A DNA stretch of 64,000 bases from an uncultured Nitrospinota bacterium (GCA_963707985.1 CAVPRW010000041.1:48657-112656), one strand, 5' to 3'; shown: positions 39,606-51,620, counted from the first letter of the stretch. Translations and numbers: made by a program. The notes: generated from the sequence alone by a model not told the origin.

Positions 39606-41012
39606 ATGAGCATTTTGATTCGTGGGGGACGCCTTCTCGATTCTAGCGCATCTCTCGACGGCGTAATGGATTTCCTCATCGACGCCGGAAAAATCGTCTC
39701 AGTCGGTAAGGATGCTATGGAGACGGGCCGGACACGAGAGGGTTCGATGTTCGATACTCCGCTGGAAGTGATCGATGCGCGTGGCTTGCTGGTGGTACCC
39801 GGCTTGATCGACATTCATACCCATCTGCGCGAACCCGGATATGAATACAAGGAGAGTATTGAGAGCGGTTCTGCAGCTGCCGTGGCTGGTGGCTTCACTG
39901 CTATTGCCTGTATGGCCAACACCAATCCGGTCAATGACGATGCGGCGGTTACTGAGTATATTCTCGATAAAGCGCGGGCTGTCGGTTTGGTGCAGGTGTT
40001 TCCGATCGGCGCAGTCTCTGTAGGGCTGGCGGGGAAGCGTCTGGCGGAAATCGGCGAGCTGAGCCAGGCGGGAGTGGTCGGCATCTCCGACGATGGAAAA
40101 TCGGTGATGAATAGCCAGTTGATGCGCCGTGCCCTGGAATATGCGGGCATGTTCGGACTCCCGGTGATTGCACATTGTGAGGATACCCAACTCGCAGCGC
40201 ATGGGGTGATGCATGAGGGTCGGGTGTCAACGGAACTCGGTTTGCGAGGCATCCCTGCACAGGCCGAGGATATCATGGTGGCTCGCGATATCGCCTTGGC
40301 TGAGCTCACCGGAGGACGCTTGCATATCGCCCATGTGAGCACGGTCGGGGCAGCTCGCTTAGTCCATGATGCTAAGGCCAGAGGGCTACGCGTCACGGCC
40401 GAGGTCACGCCGCATCATCTGTTCCTGACTGATGAGGCAGTGCGGGGCTATGATCCGAATACCAAGATGTACCCACCATTGCGTGCTGCAGCCGATGTCG
40501 AGGCCCTGCGGCAGGGGCTTAAGGACGGCACCATCGATGCCATTGCCACCGATCATGCACCGCATGACCTCGCCGACAAGGAAGTCGAATTCGACCAGGC
40601 ACCTGTCGGCATCATCGGCTTGGAAACCTCTCTGCCGTTGGTGTTACGACTCGTCAACGAAGGCGTCCTGACTCTCGCCGAGGCCATCGGCAAGCTTACC
40701 TGGGGGCCGTCCCAGATCTTAGGGCTAGCCAAAGGCACCCTACAAGTGGGGGCCGATGCGGATGTGACGCTGATTGACACACAAACCGAATACGTCGTCG
40801 ATCGTCGGGAATTTCGCTCGAAATCACGGAACTCACCATTTCACGGCTGGACTCTAAAGGGCCGGGCGGTGATGACGCTCTGCGCTGGAAAAGTCGTATA
40901 CTCGCGCCTACCTGAGCGGACTACTTCTATGTCTGCACCCGCAGGGGAACGCCGCACACGGGGGCGCAGGGGTCGGGAATCATCGGGCCCGTTGGGGAAG
41001 GAGCGTCCATGA
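39606..41012 (+). CDS. pyrC: Dihydroorotase
   Basis: DIHTHLREPG, AEVTPHHL, ATDHAPH. Confidence 0.96.
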   Translation: MSILIRGGRLLDSSASLDGVMDFLIDAGKIVSVGKDAMETGRTREGSMFDTPLEVIDARGLLVVPGLIDIHTHLREPGYEYKESIESGSAAAVAGGFTAIACMANTNPVNDDAAVTEYILDKARAVGLVQVFPIGAVSVGLAGKRLAEIGELSQAGVVGISDDGKSVMNSQLMRRALEYAGMFGLPVIAHCEDTQLAAHGVMHEGRVSTELGLRGIPAQAEDIMVARDIALAELTGGRLHIAHVSTVGAARLVHDAKARGLRVTAEVTPHHLFLTDEAVRGYDPNTKMYPPLRAAADVEALRQGLKDGTIDAIATDHAPHDLADKEVEFDQAPVGIIGLETSLPLVLRLVNEGVLTLAEAIGKLTWGPSQILGLAKGTLQVGADADVTLIDTQTEYVVDRREFRSKSRNSPFHGWTLKGRAVMTLCAGKVVYSRLPERTTSMSAPAGERRTRGRRGRESSGPLGKERP

Positions 41013-42186
41013 AGCAGGCTCTATTAGCCCTTGAAGACGGTACTGTGTTCTGGGGCAAACCCTTCGGAACATGCGGCGAGACCTTTGGCGAGGTGGTTTT
41101 TAACACCAACTTGACGGGCTACCAGGAAGTGCTGACCGATCCGTCTTACAAAGGTCAAATCGTCGCCATGACCTATCCTTTGATCGGGAATTATGGCATC
41201 AACGAGGCTGACCTTGAATCGGTGCAGCCTCAGGTCGAAGGGTTCATTGTCAAAGAAGGGAGCAAACGTGCCAGTAATTGGCGTGCGCAGTATGGCCTGG
41301 AGGAATGGCTCCAGGAGCATGGTGTTGTCGGCATTCAAGGCCTTGACACCAGGGCGCTCACACGCCATCTACGGACGCGTGGGACGATGCGTGGAGCGAT
41401 TTCGACCACTGATCTCGATTCTGACAGCTTGATCGCCCGGGTGCAAGCGTTTCCAGGATTGATCGGACGCGACCTGGTCTGCGAGGTGACCTGCGACAAA
41501 CGGTACGCCTGGACCGATGGCGAATGGAGCTGGCCGATGGGTTACGCCAAGGACATTACCGACCCCGGGGAGCGATTTCGTGTCGTGGCCTATGACTTCG
41601 GCATCAAACGCAACATCCTCCGCAAGCTGGTCAGCAGCTGGCTGCAGCGTCACCGTCGTCCCTGCCGACACCACGGCGTCAGAGGTATTGCAGCTGAATC
41701 CTGATGGCATCTTTCTCTCCAATGGCCCCGGAGACCCTGCAGGGATACCGTATGCCATTGAGGCGGTGCGACAACTCATCGGCGTCAAGCCGATCTTCGG
41801 TATCTGTCTCGGACATCAGATTCTGGGGTTGGCTCTTGGGGGGTCAGACCTACAAGCTCAAGTTCGGACATCGCGGTGGCAATCAGCCGGTCATGCATTT
41901 AGCGACGCACCAGGTCGAAATTACTGCGCAGAACCACGGTTTCGCCGTCGATGCTGACAGCCTGCCGGCGGAGATCGAGGTGACGCACCTGAATCTGAAC
42001 GACCGCACCGTTGAAGGCCTGCGCCACCGTGAGCTGCCCGTCTTCTCCGTCCAATATCACCCTGAGGCTTCGCCAGGGCCGCATGACTCCTGGTATCTGT
42101 TTGAACGCTTCAGAGTCATACTAGGCGAGCATGGATCGCGTCGCAAAGGGGTGCAACAGGATCGAAGTCTTCTCGCCCGTCCATAG
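41009..42186 (+). CDS. carA: Carbamoyl-phosphate synthase small subunit; two apparent +1 frameshifts
   Basis: Pieces in three frames ([47 protein letters not shown]); extra A near 41633 and extra G in the G6 run 41838-41843. Confidence 0.93.
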
Positions 42187-42267
42187 CTGAGGACCGTGTG
42201 TGCACTGCTTCTACGGGACATAAACGCCATAGGTCGACGGCAGACGTAGGGAAAAGGAATCGGTTGT

Positions 42268-45200
42268 ATGCCCAAGCGGACAGACATCGAGAAAATTCTC
42301 ATCGTGGGCGCGGGGCCCATCATCATCGGCCAGGCGTGCGAATTCGATTACTCGGGGACGCAGGCGTGTAAAGCGCTGAAGGAGGAAGGCTATCAGGTCA
42401 TCTTGGTGAATAGCAATCCCGCCACTATCATGACCGATCCGGAGATGGCCGATCGCACTTATATCGAGCCCATCACCCCCGAGGTCGTCGAGCAGATCAT
42501 CGCCCGTGAACGCCCCGATGCGCTGCTGTCGACGATGGGTGGTCAGACCGCGCTCAATATTGCTGTAGCGCTTGCCGAATCTGGCGTCCTTGAGCGCTAT
42601 GGGGTAGAGTTGATCGGCGCGAGGCTCGACGCTATCCGAAAAGCCGAGAGCCGGGAACTTTTTAAGGCCTCGATGCAACGACTAGGCCTGAACGTACCGG
42701 CCAGCGGTCATGCCTACTCACATGGTGAGGCACAAGCTATCGCCAGCACGCTGGGGTTCCCATTGATCATTCGGCCCTCCTTCACGCTGGGCGGCACCGG
42801 TGGAAGCATCGCCTATAACCAGGAAGAATTTGATCGACACGTCGAATGGGCGCTCAATGCCAGCCCGAATCACGAAATCCTTGTTGAAGCCTCGGTACTT
42901 GGCTGGAAAGAATTTGAGTTGGAGGTGATGCGCGATCTGCGCGACAACGTGGTGATCATCTGCTCGATCGAAAATTTCGACCCTATGGGTGTGCACACCG
43001 GCGACAGCATTACCGTGGCCCCGGCCCAGACCCTGACGGACAAAGAATATCAGCGTATGCGCGATGCAGCCACCGCGATTATCCGCGAGATCGGCGTCGA
43101 CACGGGCGGTTCTAACATCCAGTTCGCCGTCAATCCGGAGAACGGCGACATGGTGGTCATCGAGATGAATCCGCGCGTATCACGCAGCTCCGCCCTGGCT
43201 TCCAAGGCTACCGGCTTCGCCATCGCTAGGATCGCTGCCAAACTAGCCATCGGTTACACCCTGGATGAGATCCCCAACGATATCACGCACGAGACACCGG
43301 CTTCGTTTGAGCCAACGATCGATTATTGCGTCGTCAAGATTCCGCGCTTCACCTTCGAAAAATTCCCTCAGGCCGATCAGACGCTTACCACGCAGATGAA
43401 ATCCGTGGGTGAGGTAATGGCCATCGGCCGGACCTTCAAGGAGGCACTGCTGAAGGCGGTGCGCTCATTGGAGATTGGTCGATATGGGCTGCAACCGATA
43501 TTCTCGGGAGAGCAGCGCTGCACCCCTGAGGCGCAAAGGACGATACAGCACATGCTGCGTTGGCCGAATTGGGAACGGTTATGGTATATCGCCGAGGCCT
43601 TCCGCGCCGGTTTCGACGTTGAAACCATTCACAAGCTCTCGCATATCGACCCATGGTTCCTGGCGAACATTCAGGAGATTGTCGAGTTCGAAGAACGCAT
43701 ACGCGAGTGGCCGGATAGCAGTAGCGAACTCCTCCGCGAAGCCAAAGCACTTGGCTATGCTGATCGTCACCTTGCTACCCTCCTCGGGCAGGAGGAACGA
43801 GCGATCCGTGCGCTGCGTCAACAGATGGGCATCAATGCCACCTTCAAGCGCGTCGACACCTGTGCAGCTGAATTCGAGGCCTACACTCCCTACCTGTACT
43901 CCACATACGAACGCGAGTGTGAAGCCAATCCCACGTCGCGGCGCAAGGTCATGATCCTCGGGAGCGGGCCGAATCGCATTGGTCAAGGGATCGAGTTCGA
44001 CTATTGTTGTGTCCATGGTGTTTGGGGGCTGAAAGAAGACGGCTTCGAGACCATCATGGTCAACTGCAACCCGGAAACCGTCAGCACCGATTACGATACC
44101 TCTGATCGCCTCTATTTCGAGCCGTTGACATTGGAAGATGTGCTGAACATCGTTGATGTCGAGCAGCCGGAAGGGGTGATTGTGCAATTCGGCGGACAGA
44201 CTCCGCTCAACCTGGCGGTGCCGCTGCTCAACGCTGGTGTCAAGATCCTTGGCACCTCCCCCGACAGTATCGACCGCGCCGAAGATCGAGAGCGCTTCAA
44301 GGAGCTTCTACACCACTTGGGCTTGCGGCAGCCGGCCAATGGCACGGCGACCTCGGTGAATGGAGCAATCGCCATTGCCCACGAAATCGGCTATCCGGTC
44401 ATCGTGCGTCCCTCATATGTTCTGGGCGGTCGCGCGATGGAGGTGGTGTACGATGAGAGTGACCTGCGCGAATATGTTGAGCGCGCCGTGAAAGCCGCTC
44501 CTGAACATCCCCTGCTGATCGATAAATTCCTCGAAGATGCCACCGAAGTCGACGTGGATGCCATTGCCGATGGCGAGACGGTGGTGATCGGGGGCATCAT
44601 GGAGCATATCGAAGAGGCTGGAGTCCACTCGGGGGACAGCGCCTGCTCGTTGCCGCCGTATTCACTGTCATCCCGCATTATGGCGGAGATCAAAGATCAG
44701 ACTAAACGCCTGGCCTTGGAACTGCGGGTGGTGGGGCTCATCAATCTTCAGTTCGCAGTCAAGAACGGCGATGTTTATGTACTGGAGGTCAATCCACGCG
44801 CATCCCGCACAATTCCTTTCGTCAGCAAAGCGATTGGTGTCCCCCTCGCGAAACTCGCAGCACGAGTCATGGCCGGTAAGACCTTGCAGGAAGTTGGCTT
44901 CATCAAAGAGCGCCAGATCAACCACATCGCCCTGAAAGAGGCAGTCTTCCCGTTCATCAAGTTTCCAGGAGTGGACACCATTCTTGGTCCAGAAATGAAA
45001 TCGACGGGCGAAGTCATGGGAATCGATCTGACGTTTGGCCGTGCTTTTGCCAAATCGCAGTTGAGTGTTGGCCCTGCCGGTAGTCTTCCCACGGGTGGAA
45101 CCGTGTTCATCAGCGTCAAGGACAAAGATAAGCCGGCAGCCATCCAGCTCGCCAAAGCCTTGCAAGAGCTGGGGTTTGCCATCCTGGCCACCCGTGGCAC

Positions 45201-45501
45201 AGCAGATGCGATCCGCGCTTCGGGCCTGCCAGTTGAGGTCGTCATGAAGGTAATCGAGGGACGACCTCATGTCGTCGACTACATCAAAAGTGGCACAGTG
45301 CAATTGCTGATCAATACCACCATGGGGAAAGAGTCCATCCGTGATTCATATGATATCCGACGCGCGGCATTGGTGTATAATGTCCCCTATTGCACGACTA
45401 TTCCCGGGGCGTTGGCGGCGACCCATGGCATCAAGGCACTCCTTGACGGCCCGCTAGCGGTCAACTCCCTGCAGGAATATCATCAACACGTCCTTGTGTG
45501 A
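42268..45501 (+). CDS. carB: Carbamoyl-phosphate synthase large subunit
   Basis: [17 protein letters not shown], two ATP-grasp domains, MGS C-terminus. Confidence 0.98.
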   Translation: MPKRTDIEKILIVGAGPIIIGQACEFDYSGTQACKALKEEGYQVILVNSNPATIMTDPEMADRTYIEPITPEVVEQIIARERPDALLSTMGGQTALNIAVALAESGVLERYGVELIGARLDAIRKAESRELFKASMQRLGLNVPASGHAYSHGEAQAIASTLGFPLIIRPSFTLGGTGGSIAYNQEEFDRHVEWALNASPNHEILVEASVLGWKEFELEVMRDLRDNVVIICSIENFDPMGVHTGDSITVAPAQTLTDKEYQRMRDAATAIIREIGVDTGGSNIQFAVNPENGDMVVIEMNPRVSRSSALASKATGFAIARIAAKLAIGYTLDEIPNDITHETPASFEPTIDYCVVKIPRFTFEKFPQADQTLTTQMKSVGEVMAIGRTFKEALLKAVRSLEIGRYGLQPIFSGEQRCTPEAQRTIQHMLRWPNWERLWYIAEAFRAGFDVETIHKLSHIDPWFLANIQEIVEFEERIREWPDSSSELLREAKALGYADRHLATLLGQEERAIRALRQQMGINATFKRVDTCAAEFEAYTPYLYSTYERECEANPTSRRKVMILGSGPNRIGQGIEFDYCCVHGVWGLKEDGFETIMVNCNPETVSTDYDTSDRLYFEPLTLEDVLNIVDVEQPEGVIVQFGGQTPLNLAVPLLNAGVKILGTSPDSIDRAEDRERFKELLHHLGLRQPANGTATSVNGAIAIAHEIGYPVIVRPSYVLGGRAMEVVYDESDLREYVERAVKAAPEHPLLIDKFLEDATEVDVDAIADGETVVIGGIMEHIEEAGVHSGDSACSLPPYSLSSRIMAEIKDQTKRLALELRVVGLINLQFAVKNGDVYVLEVNPRASRTIPFVSKAIGVPLAKLAARVMAGKTLQEVGFIKERQINHIALKEAVFPFIKFPGVDTILGPEMKSTGEVMGIDLTFGRAFAKSQLSVGPAGSLPTGGTVFISVKDKDKPAAIQLAKALQELGFAILATRGTADAIRASGLPVEVVMKVIEGRPHVVDYIKSGTVQLLINTTMGKESIRDSYDIRRAALVYNVPYCTTIPGALAATHGIKALLDGPLAVNSLQEYHQHVLV

Positions 45502-45629
45502 AACAGTAACCAGCTGACAGTCCTGCTATCCTTCGCCGCTGTCTGGATGGACACACACGAGGGCTAGATTGAGGCCTTTGCCGGAGGAGATGGAGTCATC
45601 ACCCTCGGCTGTGCTTTCAGGAGACTGGT

Positions 45630-45941
45630 GTGGCAGAGCAACGGGTCAAAGTCGGAACGCTGAAGGAAATTCCTCGCAGCTACGGCAAAGTGGTACAAGC
45701 CGGCGGCAAACTCATCGCACTCTTCAAAATGCAGGACACCATCTATGCCATCGATAACGAATGTCCCCATCGAGGAGGACCAATCGGTGAAGGTTCCGTC
45801 AAGGGCAAGCTCGTCAGCTGCCCATGGCACCTCTGGTCCTTCGATATCACCTCTGGACAATGCCTTTCCAACCCCTATGGGCATGTCCGCAGCTATGCTG
45901 TGAGTGTCGATGGCGACGATGTCTGGGTGACAGTCGATTGA
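45630..45941 (+). CDS. Soluble Rieske (2Fe-2S) ferredoxin (NirD/dioxygenase-ferredoxin-like)
   Basis: CPHRGGP...CPWH Rieske motifs; no signal peptide or TM. Confidence 0.9.
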   Translation: MAEQRVKVGTLKEIPRSYGKVVQAGGKLIALFKMQDTIYAIDNECPHRGGPIGEGSVKGKLVSCPWHLWSFDITSGQCLSNPYGHVRSYAVSVDGDDVWVTVD

Positions 45942-46204
45942 GCATCAACATCAGCGATAGGGGTTTTCTGAGATCGGGGGCTATTTCACCCAGGTGGATG
46001 GCTCCCACTCTATACCATTCGTTCCTCTATCTCATCTTCGCGTTCATCTACCCTCATAACGCCGGTCCAGGAGGTCGCTAGCCGTTACCCCTGAGCCATC
46101 CCACTAGAAGCCCTCTACGCGTCGCCTCTCAGGCTATGCCCGACGCCCTTCCACACACTCTCTCATGATCGATAATCCCTTTGAGTGATAAAGAGATTTT
46201 CCGC

Positions 46205-46233
46205 TTGACCCCTGTATCCCATTCATCGATAAT
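46205..46233 (+). promoter_or_regulatory. Putative sigma70 promoter upstream of the cold-shock gene
   Basis: TTGACC-17 nt-GATAAT. Confidence 0.5.
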
Positions 46234-46633
46234 GCGCCTGGATTTTGTAATGGAGAAGTCTAGGCGGATCGAGACCGTCCAGTATCACGATTTAACGAAA
46301 CTGCCGAAGAGGCTGCCACTACAACGATGTACGCATCCAGCTCAGCAAAGCGATAACGAGACTAGGTTCGAAAGGGTAGCGTCACAGAAAATGACGGGGG
46401 TGTCAGGCCCTGAATAGACCTCAGCTTCCCGACCGGCAACAGCAGAATACTCTCGAATGATCATACGGTGTTGTTTGGCGAACGATGCAGCATTCTTCAT
46501 ACGGGAGAGTCATCATGGGGGCGTAGACGCTGTAATCCTGGCTACTTGGAAACATTGGCATGGAGAGGTGGTCGGCAGACGACCTCTGTCCCATCCGTGC
46601 CGTCCCACTCCAACCAACCAAAGGAGGTGTCGC

Positions 46634-46843
46634 ATGCCGACGGGGACGATTAAACGCGTGTTCAAAGACCGTGGGTTCGGGTTTATTCGGACGTCGGATG
46701 GACAGGAGATCTTTTTCCACCGCTCCGGCCTGCGCAGCAGCCGTTTCGAGTCTGTTGCAGAGGGGGATGCCGTAGAGTTCGAGGTGGAATCCAGCCCCAA
46801 GGGACCGCGAGCTGTGAATATCCAAGTAGCCGCCAATCCTTAG
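46634..46843 (+). CDS. Cold-shock domain protein (69 aa)
   Basis: MPTGTIKRVFKDRGFGFI..EIFFHRS (RNP1/RNP2); AAGGAGG RBS. Confidence 0.95.
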   Translation: MPTGTIKRVFKDRGFGFIRTSDGQEIFFHRSGLRSSRFESVAEGDAVEFEVESSPKGPRAVNIQVAANP

Positions 46844-47101
46844 TCATCTTGTGGCAGTCGGGCGAAGCCGGCCGATCGTTGATCCGCCGGCCTCTTCCCC
46901 ACATAGGAGGGTTGTGTTGACGAACGCGACCTCGGCCCATCACTCATAAGCGACAACGCCTATACCCACGCCTTTACCCCCCTCAAATTGGGATGCCAGC
47001 CGGTCACTCTATTGCCGGTCCGTATTCGTATAATCATTCGTGAGGAATATCATTCATGCCATGCGGCGGTGATTGGCCTCATGTGAAGGAGGTTGCTTTG
47101 C

Positions 47102-47599
47102 ATGTCCACCATCCGTGAATCGGATCTCCCAGGTATCGGCCGCAAGTTTCAAATCGAAGCGCAAAGCGGCGACAAGCTTATCGTCGTGGTTCATGACGAT
47201 GGGAGACGCGAACTGTACCACTTCGATCCTAACGACCCCGATGAATTGCTCTCCATGGTTACCCTCAATGACACTGAAGCACGCCAAGTCGCCGGCATCA
47301 TCGGCGGCCTGAACTATACACCCAAGGCGTTGGAATCCATGAGCATCACTCTAGAAGGGTTATTGATCGAATGGTATAAAATCGAATCTGGCTCCGCTGC
47401 GATTGGGCAAACGATTGGCCAACTCCAGGTGCGCCAGACCACCGGTGCCACCATCATGGCCATTATCGAAAAGGATGGCCGCAAGCACATCAACCCTGGC
47501 CCCGATCAACCACTCACAGATGACGTGACCTTGGTAATTGCTGGAGAGCGACAACAGGTTCAGGCATTCAAGCGACTCATCGCCCAGGGGAGCCAATAG
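47102..47599 (+). CDS. khtT: K+/H+ antiporter regulatory subunit (KhtT-like, TrkA-C/RCK_C)
   Basis: IRESDLPGIGRKF, VHDDGRRELY, C-terminal RCK_C domain. Confidence 0.88.
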   Translation: MSTIRESDLPGIGRKFQIEAQSGDKLIVVVHDDGRRELYHFDPNDPDELLSMVTLNDTEARQVAGIIGGLNYTPKALESMSITLEGLLIEWYKIESGSAAIGQTIGQLQVRQTTGATIMAIIEKDGRKHINPGPDQPLTDDVTLVIAGERQQVQAFKRLIAQGSQ

Positions 47600-47602
47600 C
47601 CG

Positions 47603-48838
47603 ATGGCACACATCGTCTTTGAGGTGGGTCTGGCACTGACCCTCATCGCTGCGGCAGCGCTCCTTTCCGCCCGCTTGCGGTTTTCGATCGTGCCGTTGCT
47701 TATCCTCGCCGGCATGGTCGTGGGGCCGCACATGCCCAAACTCGGTATTATCGACCTGCGCTTCATCCAAAGTGCCCCACTCCTAGAATTTATGGGACGC
47801 CTGGGGATTCTGTTCTTACTGTTCTATCTCGGTCTGGAGTTCTCGCTTGGTCGCTTGATCAAGGCTGGACGCTTGATTGTCGTGGGGGGGACGATCTACA
47901 TCGCCCTGAATTTTGGGCTAAGTCTGGGGTTTGTCGGGCTGATGGGTTGGCCGCTACGTGAGATGCTGGTGGCGGCTGGGATCACGACCATTTCTTCGAG
48001 TGCGATTGTCGCCAAAGTGCTGGTGGATCTCAAACGCACAGCCAACCCGGAAACTGAGATGATTCTTGGCATCATCATGTTCGAAGATATTTTTCTCGCT
48101 GTGTATTTGACGCTCGTATCGGGCTTGGTGCTCAGCGGCGCGACCTCGTTCAGCCAGGCGGCTATGTCGGCTGTGATCGCCCTTGGGTTCATGCTAGCTA
48201 TTCTCGCCGTGGGTCGCAAAGCTACCCCGTGGTTGAACCGGGCGCTCGACATTTCTTCGGATGAGGTGTTTCTACTGATCGTCTTCGCAACCCTGTTGCT
48301 GGTCGCCGGTTTGTCGGAGACCATTCATGTGGCCGAGGCCATTGGCGCGCTGCTGGTCGGGTTGGTATTGGCGGAAACAGAGCACCGTCAGCGCATCGAG
48401 CATCTGGTCATCCCTTTCCGAGATTTGTTTGGCGCCATGTTTTTCTTCCACTTTGGCCTGACCATCGACCCCTATGCCTTGGGCGGCGCGGTATGGCCAG
48501 CTTTGGGGGCGGTGGCACTGACGTTGGTTGGCAATTTCACTGCTGGCATGTTGGCCGGACGCAGCGCCCGGTTGTCACCACGGGCCTCCTCCAACATCGG
48601 ACTGACCATCGTGTCTCGGGGTGAGTTCTCCATTATTATGGCTAATTTAGGCCGACATGGTGGTCTGCTGCCGATCCTACAACCGTTTGCTGCGCTCTAT
48701 GTGCTGATCTTAGCCATTCTGGGGCCATTGCTCACCATGCAATCCCGGTTCGTGTTCGAACGACTCAACAAGATCTTCCGCTGGCAAAAGCCTCCAGAGG
48801 TAAAGGAGGATCCCCCACGCGTGGATGCCTCACCCTAG
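47603..48838 (+). CDS. khtU: CPA2-family cation:proton antiporter (KhtU-like)
   Basis: LFYLGLEFS, ISSSAIVAKVL, MFEDI, SRGEFSII; about 12 TM; 3 nt after khtT. Confidence 0.88.
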   Translation: MAHIVFEVGLALTLIAAAALLSARLRFSIVPLLILAGMVVGPHMPKLGIIDLRFIQSAPLLEFMGRLGILFLLFYLGLEFSLGRLIKAGRLIVVGGTIYIALNFGLSLGFVGLMGWPLREMLVAAGITTISSSAIVAKVLVDLKRTANPETEMILGIIMFEDIFLAVYLTLVSGLVLSGATSFSQAAMSAVIALGFMLAILAVGRKATPWLNRALDISSDEVFLLIVFATLLLVAGLSETIHVAEAIGALLVGLVLAETEHRQRIEHLVIPFRDLFGAMFFFHFGLTIDPYALGGAVWPALGAVALTLVGNFTAGMLAGRSARLSPRASSNIGLTIVSRGEFSIIMANLGRHGGLLPILQPFAALYVLILAILGPLLTMQSRFVFERLNKIFRWQKPPEVKEDPPRVDASP

Positions 48839-48868
48839 GTTCATGACCATTACTGAAATAATACCTCC

Positions 48869-50518
48869 TTAATCCTGCACTCGTCCCACTGCTTTGCGGT
48901 CCCGCTCGCGTTGCCGCAGCTCCACCCGGCGGATTTTGCCGCTGATGGTCTTTGGGAGCTCGGTGGTGAATTCGATCTCACGGGGATACTTGTAGGGGGC
49001 TGTGACACGTTTCACGTGCTCCTGGAGGTCTTGCAATAGCTGTTCGGAGGGTTGATGGCCCGGCGCCAGGATGACAAAGGCCTTGACCACCTCACCCCGA
49101 ATCTGATCGGGACTCGCCACTACCGCGGCTTCGGCGACAGACGGATGCTCGACCAGGGCACTCTCGACCTCGAAGGGCCCGATGCGATAGCCAGCGCTGA
49201 TGATGACATCGTCGGCCCGTCCGACAAACCAGAAGTAACCATCCTCATCTCTGATGGCACGATCGCCGGTGATGTACCATTCACCGCGGAGACAATTCGT
49301 CGTCGCCTCAGGGTTGCGCCAATACTCTTTGAACAGGCCTACGGGACGCATCGGCGTCAACTTCACGGCGATGTCTCCTTCGACGCCAGCCGGCAGTTCA
49401 CGCCCATCATCATCCACAATAGCGATGGTAAAACCTGGGCTGGGTTTCCCCATGGAGCCAGGCTTCACTGGCAGGGGCGGGAAGTTTGCCACCAGAATCA
49501 CCGTTTCGGTTTGGCCATAACCATCGCGGATGATCTGTCCCGTGCCGCGCTGCCAGGCCTCGATGACCTCCGGGTTCAGTGGCTCCCCAGCCCCGATGCA
49601 ATGGCGTAGGGCAGCAAGACGGTAGTGGCCCAGGTTCTCTAAGACGAGCAGGCGGTAGGCTGTGGGGGGTGCACAGAAGGTGCTGATGGGATAGCGCTCA
49701 AGAAGCTCCAAGGTCTGCCGAGGATCGAAGCGACCTCGCCCGTCGAACGTAAACATTGCCGCCCCCATACTCCAGGGGCCAAATAGATTGCTGTATGCCG
49801 CCTTGGCCCAGCCGGTATCGGAGAGGTTCCAATGCAAATCAGTAGGCTTTAAATCCAACCAGTACTTGCCCGTGACGATATGTCCCAGGGGATACGACAC
49901 ATGTGTGTGCAAAACCATCTTGGGATAGCCCACAGTGCCTGAGGTGAAATAGATCATCATGGACTCATCACTGCGCGTCGGCTCGGGTTCGAGGGTACTC
50001 CTGGCCGAGGCCACCGCCCGAGTGTAGTTGACCCAGCCCTCCCGTTCCGCCCCGAGTAAGATGTTCAGACGCAACGTTGGGCATTCATTGGCCACCTGTT
50101 CGACCTTCAGCGCCCCTTCTGCGTCGGTGATCACGGCGACGGCTTCGGCCGCTTGGAGACGATAGGCGACATCCTTCGGAGTCAGCAGGGTTGTGCCCGG
50201 CATAGAGATGGCACCGATTTTCATGATGCCGAGCACCGCTTCCCACCACTCGGGTAGGCGGGGTGACATGATCAAGATGCGGTCGCCCTTGCGGATACCC
50301 ATCATGCGCAGGACATTGCCCACCTGGTTAGAACGTACAGCAAAGTCACGGAATGTGAGACGCCTTTCATCCCCCTGTTCATTGACCCACAGCATCGCTA
50401 CTTTCTGGGCATCCTCACCCCAGCGATCGACCACGTCGACAGCGAAATTATAGTACTCGGGGACTTCCCAGCGAAACTCGCGGCAGGCTTGTTCGTAATC
50501 GATCATCTCAGGATACAC
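48869..50518 (-). CDS. Medium-chain acyl-CoA synthetase (ACSM-like AMP-binding enzyme)
   Basis: YFTSGTVGYPK, YGQTET, GRADD, LPKTISGKIRR. Confidence 0.93.
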   Translation of the reverse strand: MYPEMIDYEQACREFRWEVPEYYNFAVDVVDRWGEDAQKVAMLWVNEQGDERRLTFRDFAVRSNQVGNVLRMMGIRKGDRILIMSPRLPEWWEAVLGIMKIGAISMPGTTLLTPKDVAYRLQAAEAVAVITDAEGALKVEQVANECPTLRLNILLGAEREGWVNYTRAVASARSTLEPEPTRSDESMMIYFTSGTVGYPKMVLHTHVSYPLGHIVTGKYWLDLKPTDLHWNLSDTGWAKAAYSNLFGPWSMGAAMFTFDGRGRFDPRQTLELLERYPISTFCAPPTAYRLLVLENLGHYRLAALRHCIGAGEPLNPEVIEAWQRGTGQIIRDGYGQTETVILVANFPPLPVKPGSMGKPSPGFTIAIVDDDGRELPAGVEGDIAVKLTPMRPVGLFKEYWRNPEATTNCLRGEWYITGDRAIRDEDGYFWFVGRADDVIISAGYRIGPFEVESALVEHPSVAEAAVVASPDQIRGEVVKAFVILAPGHQPSEQLLQDLQEHVKRVTAPYKYPREIEFTTELPKTISGKIRRVELRQRERDRKAVGRVQD

Positions 50519-50601
50519 CGAGAACCCTCCTTCCGAAGAGCGTGCCGAGCATTGAGGGTAAATATGCGCCGTCCCTCAGGACTCAGCACCGAGCACACCT
50601 C

Positions 50602-51558
50602 TTATGGCGCCTTGGCAACGGGATTTTCCAGCACCCCCAACCCAGCGATTTCAACGCGGACGGTTTCCCCCGGTCGCAGCCAGCGCGGCGGCTTGCGAGT
50701 GAACCCAACCCCCGCGGGAGTCCCGGTGGAGATCACGTCACCAGGCTCCAGCGTCATGATTTCCGCCAGGTACTCGACCGTCTCAGGGATCTTGAAGATG
50801 AGCTGGCTGGTGTTGGACCGTTGTAAAACTTCACCTGCGATGCTGAGGCTGATGTCGAGGTTGTGTGGATCGGGTATCTCGTCCTTGAGGACGAGGGCCG
50901 GACCCATGGGGCAATGCGTGTCAAAAGTCTTACCCACCATCCATTGTGAGGTTGCGAATTGATAATCGCGTGCGCTCACATCGTTGATGATGGTGTAGCC
51001 CGCGACATAGTCCAGAGCTCGCTCGCGAGGGATATGGTGGCCGCGGCGTCCGATGACGAAGGCGAATTCTGCCTCATAGTCGATTTGTTCTGTGGCATGT
51101 GGGATGAGAATAGCTGCACCAGGGCCGACCACGCTATTACTGTACTTGGCGAACACGGTCGGTACCTCGGGGATCGCTTGCCCCGTCTCCTCGGCGTGAT
51201 CGCGGTAATTGAGGCCCAAGAGGATCAACTTCCCCGGGTTCGGTATGGGAGCCTTGAGCTCCACCTCGCCGCGCGTGAATACCACCCCATTGTGCCTAAG
51301 CCTTTCAGTCTGCTCTCCAGAGCCTAGTCTCTCCCGCACGTACCCTGCGGCCTCGTGGATGGCCTCTAGCGCTCGCTCGCCTGCCTCTAACACACTGATC
51401 ATGTCTGCCGGGACCAGGGCATCAGCCATCGCTGCGGCCCGTGGGTCTCCACGGTGCACTAAAAGCGTCTCATAAGCCCGGTTGACATCTATCACACGCT
51501 CCTGTTCAAGCAGCCCAACACGCTGAACGCCTCGATGGCCGAAGGTCACGAGCTTCAT
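50602..51558 (-). CDS. Fumarylacetoacetate hydrolase family protein
   Basis: GLNYRDHAEE, DYEAE, NDVSARD, GKTFD, GTPAGVG. Confidence 0.93.
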   Translation of the reverse strand: MKLVTFGHRGVQRVGLLEQERVIDVNRAYETLLVHRGDPRAAAMADALVPADMISVLEAGERALEAIHEAAGYVRERLGSGEQTERLRHNGVVFTRGEVELKAPIPNPGKLILLGLNYRDHAEETGQAIPEVPTVFAKYSNSVVGPGAAILIPHATEQIDYEAEFAFVIGRRGHHIPRERALDYVAGYTIINDVSARDYQFATSQWMVGKTFDTHCPMGPALVLKDEIPDPHNLDISLSIAGEVLQRSNTSQLIFKIPETVEYLAEIMTLEPGDVISTGTPAGVGFTRKPPRWLRPGETVRVEIAGLGVLENPVAKAP

Positions 51559-51620
51559 CTCATCCGCTCCTTTGTGAAGACTTTAGATGCTCTATCGAGC
51601 GTTGCTCGTACGCGGGAGAA

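Noticed and set aside
41630..41845. Programmed frameshifting or phase variation in carA
   Set aside because: Two separate +1 insertions would both need correcting, no slippery heptamer with stimulator was seen, and similar indels elsewhere point to sequencing error.
45630..45941. Rieske protein as the missing iron-sulfur subunit of the cytochrome b complex
   Set aside because: It is a 103-aa soluble ferredoxin type with no Tat signal or TM anchor and lacks the extra disulfide cysteines (CPHRGG/CPWH rather than CxHLGC/CPCH).
46280..46400. c-di-GMP-I or other riboswitch (GCAAA/GAAA words)
   Set aside because: The order and pairing of the motifs do not fit the consensus by eye; an Rfam scan would be needed.
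50542..50589. Imperfect hairpin between FAH and ACS as a terminator or REP element
   Set aside because: No U-tract and no second copy was seen in the window; at most an mRNA-stability stem.
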